Of a stretch of DNA of 64,000 bases, positions 58,811 through 64,000 are shown piece after piece. The notes under the pieces were generated by a model. That model did not search any database. It saw only the letters and a list, made by a program, of their open reading frames with translations, and had not been told where the DNA came from. The stretch is from contig CAWCNJ010000004.1 in NCBI GenBank assembly GCA_963796955.1, positions 256,001-320,000 of the forward strand, written 5' to 3'. The position numbers and the translations under genes are program-made. The stretch is from Endomicrobiales bacterium. Its GTDB lineage: Bacteria; Elusimicrobiota; Endomicrobiia; Endomicrobiales; JALOBY01. How positions within the stretch are numbered: the stretch's first letter is position 1; every line of letters starts with the position of its first letter.

Positions 58811-59782
58811 ATGAAAAAAATTATAGTTATCGTGGTCCTGCTGGCAGCGGCCATAACGACGGGGTTTTTAATGCCCCGAAAGAATAAATCCAAGCTGGTG
58901 GAGACTATCCATCCAGAGAGAGGCACTATCGCCGTAGAGCTTCATTTGAATGGTTCCGTGCAGCCAAGGAACCGCCTGGAGATAAAACCCCAGGTTGCCG
59001 GAAGGGTGGAAAGCGTACTGGTGCAGGAAGGCGACCGGGTGAAGAAAGGCCAGGTGCTGGCCTGGATGAGCTCTTCTGACCGCGCGGCTTTGCTGGACGC
59101 CGCCAGTGCCAAGGGAGAGCAAGAGGTTAAAAAATGGGCCGACATATATAAGCCGGCCCCCGTCATGGCGCCGATGGACGGCTTTATTATCGATAGAAGC
59201 AAAGAGCCCGGGCAGACGATCTCCGTGGGAGAAGACCTGCTGGTGATGGCCGATAACCTGATCGTGGAAGAAAATGTCGATGAGACCGATCTGCGCTACG
59301 TGGCATTAGGCAGAAAAGCCAGTATTTCTCTTGATGCGTATCCGGGTAAGTTATTCCCCGGGGTGATAGAGCATGTTGCGTATGAGTCCACGGTATTGAA
59401 CAATGTGACGGTCTATCTGGTAAAGGTCCGTCCGGAGCGCATACCGCCCGCCTTCCGTGCCGGCATGACCGCCACCGTAGACATGGAAGCCGAGAAAAAG
59501 GACGACGTATTGATGCTGCCCATTGAGGCCATTGTTGATAACGGAAAAAAGAAATTCGTTATGGTCAAAGTTGCCGGGACCCCGAAGCCTGAGCGCAGGC
59601 CGGTAGAGACCGGGATAACCAACGGTAAGCAATTCGAGATAGTTTCCGGCGTCACCGAGGACGATGATGTGATAGCCGTGCCTTCCAGGGGACGCGGTGC
59701 GGGAGCTTTGGCGGCCGGCGGCGGACCGCGCGGCGGTATCGGCGGCATTTTCGGGGTACAGTCTAAATCTTCGGCGCATTGA
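58811..59782 (+). CDS. macA: periplasmic adaptor (MacA-like membrane fusion protein)
   Basis: GRVESVLVQEGDRVKKGQ, APMDG, VDETD, GMTA. Confidence 0.85.
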   Translation: MKKIIVIVVLLAAAITTGFLMPRKNKSKLVETIHPERGTIAVELHLNGSVQPRNRLEIKPQVAGRVESVLVQEGDRVKKGQVLAWMSSSDRAALLDAASAKGEQEVKKWADIYKPAPVMAPMDGFIIDRSKEPGQTISVGEDLLVMADNLIVEENVDETDLRYVALGRKASISLDAYPGKLFPGVIEHVAYESTVLNNVTVYLVKVRPERIPPAFRAGMTATVDMEAEKKDDVLMLPIEAIVDNGKKKFVMVKVAGTPKPERRPVETGITNGKQFEIVSGVTEDDDVIAVPSRGRGAGALAAGGGPRGGIGGIFGVQSKSSAH

Positions 59783-59793
59783 ACCGGGAATAA

Positions 59794-61761
59794 ATGAATA
59801 TTATCGAAATTCGCGATATTAAAAAAACGTATTATATGGGAACGCAGGAACTGACGGTATTGTTCGGCGTTTCCCTGGACATCGCCGAAGGCGATTTTGC
59901 GGCTATCATGGGGCCTTCGGGCAGCGGTAAATCCACACTGCTGCATGTTCTTGGGCTGCTTGATAAACCGACCAGCGGTTCGTATCGCATAGAGAACCGC
60001 GAGGTCGCGCGCCTGAATGATTCCCAGCTGGCTGCGGTGCGCAACCGCCACATCGGCTATGTGTTCCAAAGTTTTAATCTGCTACCCCGTCTTACGGCGA
60101 TAGAGAACGTTATGCTGCCGCTGGTGTATGCCGATAAAGCCCATGATGCCGCAGCCTCCAGGAAAAAAGCCGCCGGCCTGCTTACGATGGTAGGCCTTGC
60201 CGACCGTATGGACCATAAACCGAATGAACTCTCCGGCGGCCAGCAGCAGCGCGTCGCCATAGCCCGCGCCCTGATGAACGATCCGGACCTGATACTGGCC
60301 GACGAGCCGACAGGCAACCTTGACAGTAAATCTGCCAAAGAGATCATCAGCATCCTGACAAAACTGAACGATTCCGGTATCACGGTGGTGATGGTAACGC
60401 ATGAGCCGGACCTTGCCATGCTCGCAAAACGCACGATCCGCCTTCAGGACGGTCTTGTCGTATCCGACGAACGGGTAGGCGGCGCAAAAACGGTCGCGCG
60501 TCCCGCCGTTAACGGTAATGATACCTTGCACCACGTGTTCCAGTTCAAGAGGGTAAAAGATTATTTTTCACAGGCGTTGCGGGCGTTGTGGTCTAATAAA
60601 ACACGCTCGGTGCTTTCTATCCTCGGTGTTCTTATAGGCGTCACGGGCTTGATAGCCATGCTCGCCCTCGGCAAGGGCGCCCAGGAAGAAACAAAAAAGC
60701 AGATGTCCACGCTTGGTTCAAATATTTTGATGGTCATGCCGAGCAACGCCTCCCGCGGCGGCGTCTCTCAGGAATCCGGCAGTCAGGTGCGGTTCACGCT
60801 GGAAGACGCACAGGCAGTGAAACGCCAGATAGATGGTGTAACGGGCGTCTCGGCCTATTCCAACGGCAGAGGCCAGGTGGTTTACGGCGGCAGGAACCGC
60901 AACACCCGCGTGGAAGGCACCTCGCCCGATTATACATTCATGAGGAACGCCCAGCCGCTGATAGGCAGGTTTTTCACCAATGACGAGAACACTTCCCGGG
61001 CGAAGGTGGTGGTGCTGGGCCAGACCGTAGCCACCGACCTTTTCGGCGATCGCAGCCCTATCGGCGAATTCGTGAAGATAAACCGCATAGATTTTCAGGT
61101 CATCGGCATCATGCCGGTCAAAGGTTCCAGCGGCTGGCGCGATGAAGACGATAAAGTTGATATTCCCGTCAATACCTCCATGTACCGCCTTCTCGGGCGG
61201 GACCATATAGATAATATGGATGTGCAGATGGCAGATGAAAGCATCATGGACCCGGCTATCGATAAAATCAAGGCCTTGCTGCTGCGCCTGCACCGCCTGC
61301 CTCCTGCCAGAATAGAATTAATAGATGTCCGCAACATGGCGGATATCCAGGCGACGATCTCAGCCACGATGAATATCTTTTCCACGCTGCTCGGTTCGGT
61401 CGCTTTCATCAGCCTGCTTGTAGGCGGCATAGGCATAATGAACATTATGCTTGTTTCCGTGACGGAGAGGACCAGGGAGATCGGCCTGCGCAAAGCTCTT
61501 GGCGCCGACAACAATGACATACTGTTCCAATTTGTTATAGAAGCGGTTGCTATTTGCGGCGTCGGCGGCTGCATCGGTATCGCGCTTGGCTGCACCATTT
61601 CTATTCTGCTGGCCGTTGTCGCAGGCTGGAAAACCATGATCGTTCCGTCCTCGATCGTCATCTCTTTCGTGTTTTCCGTGCTCATAGGCCTGGTCTTCGG
61701 CACCTGGCCCGCCAAAAAAGCCGCCAGACTCAATCCCATAGACGCCCTTAGATACGAATGA
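59794..61761 (+). CDS. macB: MacB-family ABC transporter (fused NBD + permease)
   Basis: [47 protein letters not shown]. Confidence 0.95.
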   Translation: MNIIEIRDIKKTYYMGTQELTVLFGVSLDIAEGDFAAIMGPSGSGKSTLLHVLGLLDKPTSGSYRIENREVARLNDSQLAAVRNRHIGYVFQSFNLLPRLTAIENVMLPLVYADKAHDAAASRKKAAGLLTMVGLADRMDHKPNELSGGQQQRVAIARALMNDPDLILADEPTGNLDSKSAKEIISILTKLNDSGITVVMVTHEPDLAMLAKRTIRLQDGLVVSDERVGGAKTVARPAVNGNDTLHHVFQFKRVKDYFSQALRALWSNKTRSVLSILGVLIGVTGLIAMLALGKGAQEETKKQMSTLGSNILMVMPSNASRGGVSQESGSQVRFTLEDAQAVKRQIDGVTGVSAYSNGRGQVVYGGRNRNTRVEGTSPDYTFMRNAQPLIGRFFTNDENTSRAKVVVLGQTVATDLFGDRSPIGEFVKINRIDFQVIGIMPVKGSSGWRDEDDKVDIPVNTSMYRLLGRDHIDNMDVQMADESIMDPAIDKIKALLLRLHRLPPARIELIDVRNMADIQATISATMNIFSTLLGSVAFISLLVGGIGIMNIMLVSVTERTREIGLRKALGADNNDILFQFVIEAVAICGVGGCIGIALGCTISILLAVVAGWKTMIVPSSIVISFVFSVLIGLVFGTWPAKKAARLNPIDALRYE

Positions 61762-63091
61762 AGCTTCCGTCTGCTGCAGCGTGTGTGCTTATACTTTACG
61801 CGCTGCCGGCGTTTGCAGATTCTGTGGTAACCTCTATTACCATTACCGATAACCGTGTTCTGGAAAGTATCGTCAGACGAAAACTCGCGTTTCGTGCGGG
61901 CGATACCCTTACCGACGATAAGTTAACCCGGACCCGCAAGGACCTGTATGCCATGGGCCTGTTCAAGCAGCTGGATATACAACAACAGCCGGACGGCCGG
62001 GACGGAGTTGCCGTTACCGTAAAAGCCAGAGACGGCTGGTTCGTTCTGCCATGGGTTATGGCCGGCAGCCGGGGCGGCGACCGTTACACCGGTGTTATGC
62101 TGATGGAACAAAATTATTTCCGGCTGTCAGAAAGACTGATGTATTTTGGTATGTTCCAGAACAGCATACAGTTCAATAGTTTTGCCGTGATGTTCCCGGA
62201 TATTTCCCTGAGCGCTGCTTTTGACAGGCGCGGCTACACGGAGTATCGCTACGTCAACGGCTCTTACAATTCAACCGTCCTTACCGGCCGCGATCTGGAC
62301 AAACTGCTGGAGCTCGGCCCGATAAGCGATTCCTACGATCTTGAAAGCGAAAGTACCCGCTTGTCGGCAACAATACCGCTGGATCGCACGATCAAGGTTT
62401 CCGCCGGAGTGAACCTGAGCAGGGCGGATTACAGCCCGATCTCCGGCGCGGCGCCCATGATGCCGGTTCATATAACGCGTTACAGGCCGGTGTATCGTAC
62501 GGCCGGACTGACGGAGGCCGCGACCTCGCAGGCTCTTTCGGCCGGATCTTCGGCATGGGCATGGCTGACTTTCAGGAGAACTTCAGGCCTCTTCCTTGCG
62601 CGGTAAGCGAGTGGGGCATGCAAGCTTCCGTTGAACCTGCATTCAAGGCATTGGGTTCCGAACATGATTACGTAAAAACAACGCTCTCTGCCGGCCGTGA
62701 GACGAAATTTTGCAACTACAGCCGTCTTCTTCTGTCTGCCCGGCTCGGAGCGGGTTCAACGCTTCCCTTCGGCCAGCTTTTCGCCAGCGGCCGGCGCGAC
62801 GGCATGATGGGTGTGTACGCCCGGGAATTCCGCGGCGACAACATAGGTATTGTTCAGGCGGACTATCGTTACCCCTTTGTGCGAAATCACACCGGAACGC
62901 TCAACGCCGATTTTTTCGCCGAGGCGGCAGCGCTTGATGGTCAGGTAAACAACAACTACGGCAAGCAGGGCGCGGGCTGTAACCTTTCCTGGCAGTTCTG
63001 GCGTTTTCCTTTGCCGATAGGTATCGGCTATACGTACTGCGTCGATGATCATAACTGGCAAACTTCTTTTGCTATCGGCGGTATGTTCTGA
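61758..63091 (+). pseudogene. POTRA + beta-barrel (Omp85-like) protein with a -1 frameshift near 62450
   Basis: POTRA motif LYAMGLFKQL; frame-2 continuation ends in terminal Phe (IGGMF). Confidence 0.7.
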
Positions 63092-64000
63092 TGCCTGTCA
63101 TAATCGGTTTTGGTCCTGCCGGCATGTTCGCTGCCCTTGAACTTATCGAAAAAGGTGTTAAACCCGTTGTTTTTGAGAGGGGCCGAAAGATAGAGGAACG
63201 CACGGTCGATGTGCAGAGGTTTATTGCTGAGAGGGTATTGAACAGTGAATCTAACATTCAATTCGGGGAAGGCGGGGCGGGCTCATATTCAGACGGCAAG
63301 CTTTTTTCGCGGCCGGGGAACAATAATGCGTACGTGCAAAAAGTTCTGGGAACGCTGATCAAATTCGGGGCGCCGCCTGAAATAGCATATATGAAGAAGC
63401 CGCATCTCGGCACGGATGTGGTATGCAACATAGTCCGCAATGTGCGTGAACACGTTCTGCAAAACGGCGGCGAGATACACTATAACGCGAAGTTGACCGG
63501 CTTGCTGATCGCACATAAGAAGGTCGCGGGCGTAATAATAAACAATGCCGGGGAATATCTTTCTTCGTCAGTTTTTCTGGCGGTGGGCCACTCAGCACGC
63601 GATACTTTTGCACTGTTGAAGGCTGACGGTGTTGCCCTGGAACAAAGAGCGATCTCTATCGGTGTAAGGCTTGAGCATCCTGCCGAAACTATAAAAAAGA
63701 TCAGGCACGGTGAGCCGACCTATTCCTTTACATATACCGACCGGACCGCACGCAGGGGTGCCTATACTTTTTGCATGTGCCCGGGCGGCGAGATAGTGAA
63801 CGCATCATCTGAAGAAGGGATGCTGGTGCTTAACGGCATGAGTTACGCTGCCAGGTCGTCTCAATTTTCAAACGCGGCGATCATCGTTACCTGCCATGAA
63901 GAGGACTACGCCTCAAAAGATCCTCTGGCCGGGATAGAATTTCAGCGGGCAGTAGAAAGAAAGGCTTTTACAGCGGGCGGAGGAAGTTGGTCCGCGCCGG
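63091..64000 (+). CDS. FAD-dependent oxidoreductase/dehydrogenase, 3' truncated (absent from ORF track)
   Basis: MPVIIGFGPAGMFAA, QFGEGGAGSYSDGKL, KPHLGTD, FCMCPGG, NGMS. Confidence 0.9.
   Translation, partial: MPVIIGFGPAGMFAALELIEKGVKPVVFERGRKIEERTVDVQRFIAERVLNSESNIQFGEGGAGSYSDGKLFSRPGNNNAYVQKVLGTLIKFGAPPEIAYMKKPHLGTDVVCNIVRNVREHVLQNGGEIHYNAKLTGLLIAHKKVAGVIINNAGEYLSSSVFLAVGHSARDTFALLKADGVALEQRAISIGVRLEHPAETIKKIRHGEPTYSFTYTDRTARRGAYTFCMCPGGEIVNASSEEGMLVLNGMSYAARSSQFSNAAIIVTCHEEDYASKDPLAGIEFQRAVERKAFTAGGGSWSAP

Overview
A 64-kb bacterial chromosomal window with no rRNA, CRISPR or transposase. The EF-Tu variant, gene order and giant-protein style suggest Elusimicrobiota (Endomicrobia-like), which is an inference. 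Housekeeping blocks are HD-hydrolase-ybeY-2xCNNM-recO-glyQS, argA-like/vor operon, recN-nadK, ychF, tRNA-Tyr/Gly/Thr-tuf-rpmG-tRNA-Trp-secE-nusG-rplK-rplA, and proB. Two systems stand out. (1) A ~19.8-kb giant gene (9733-29538, ~6,600 aa if two compensating indels near 20.1-20.35 kb are repaired). It encodes a signal-peptide protein in which three copies of a ~220-aa spacer module separate cassettes of cytoplasmic-type enzymes: SAM methyltransferase, GlnD-like nucleotidyltransferase, glycosyltransferase, HAD phosphatase, WD40 propeller, HATPase and Ser/Thr kinase. It is preceded by a small exported/membrane leader gene whose 3' end forms a terminator-like hairpin directly on the giant gene's ATG. 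(2) An ECF-sigma envelope-stress regulon readable from the DNA: the identical motif TGAAAC-N17-TGTCTAA precedes the ECF/anti-sigma-spy-spy-tolC-macAB-omp85 operon, a separate spy-like gene and an adaptor-less tolC-RND operon. Also present are an unassigned ~130-150 nt rod-shaped RNA, an ERIC-like element, a structured tRNA-Gly-linked insert, a 9-nt-periodic GATC array and two L1-binding sites.
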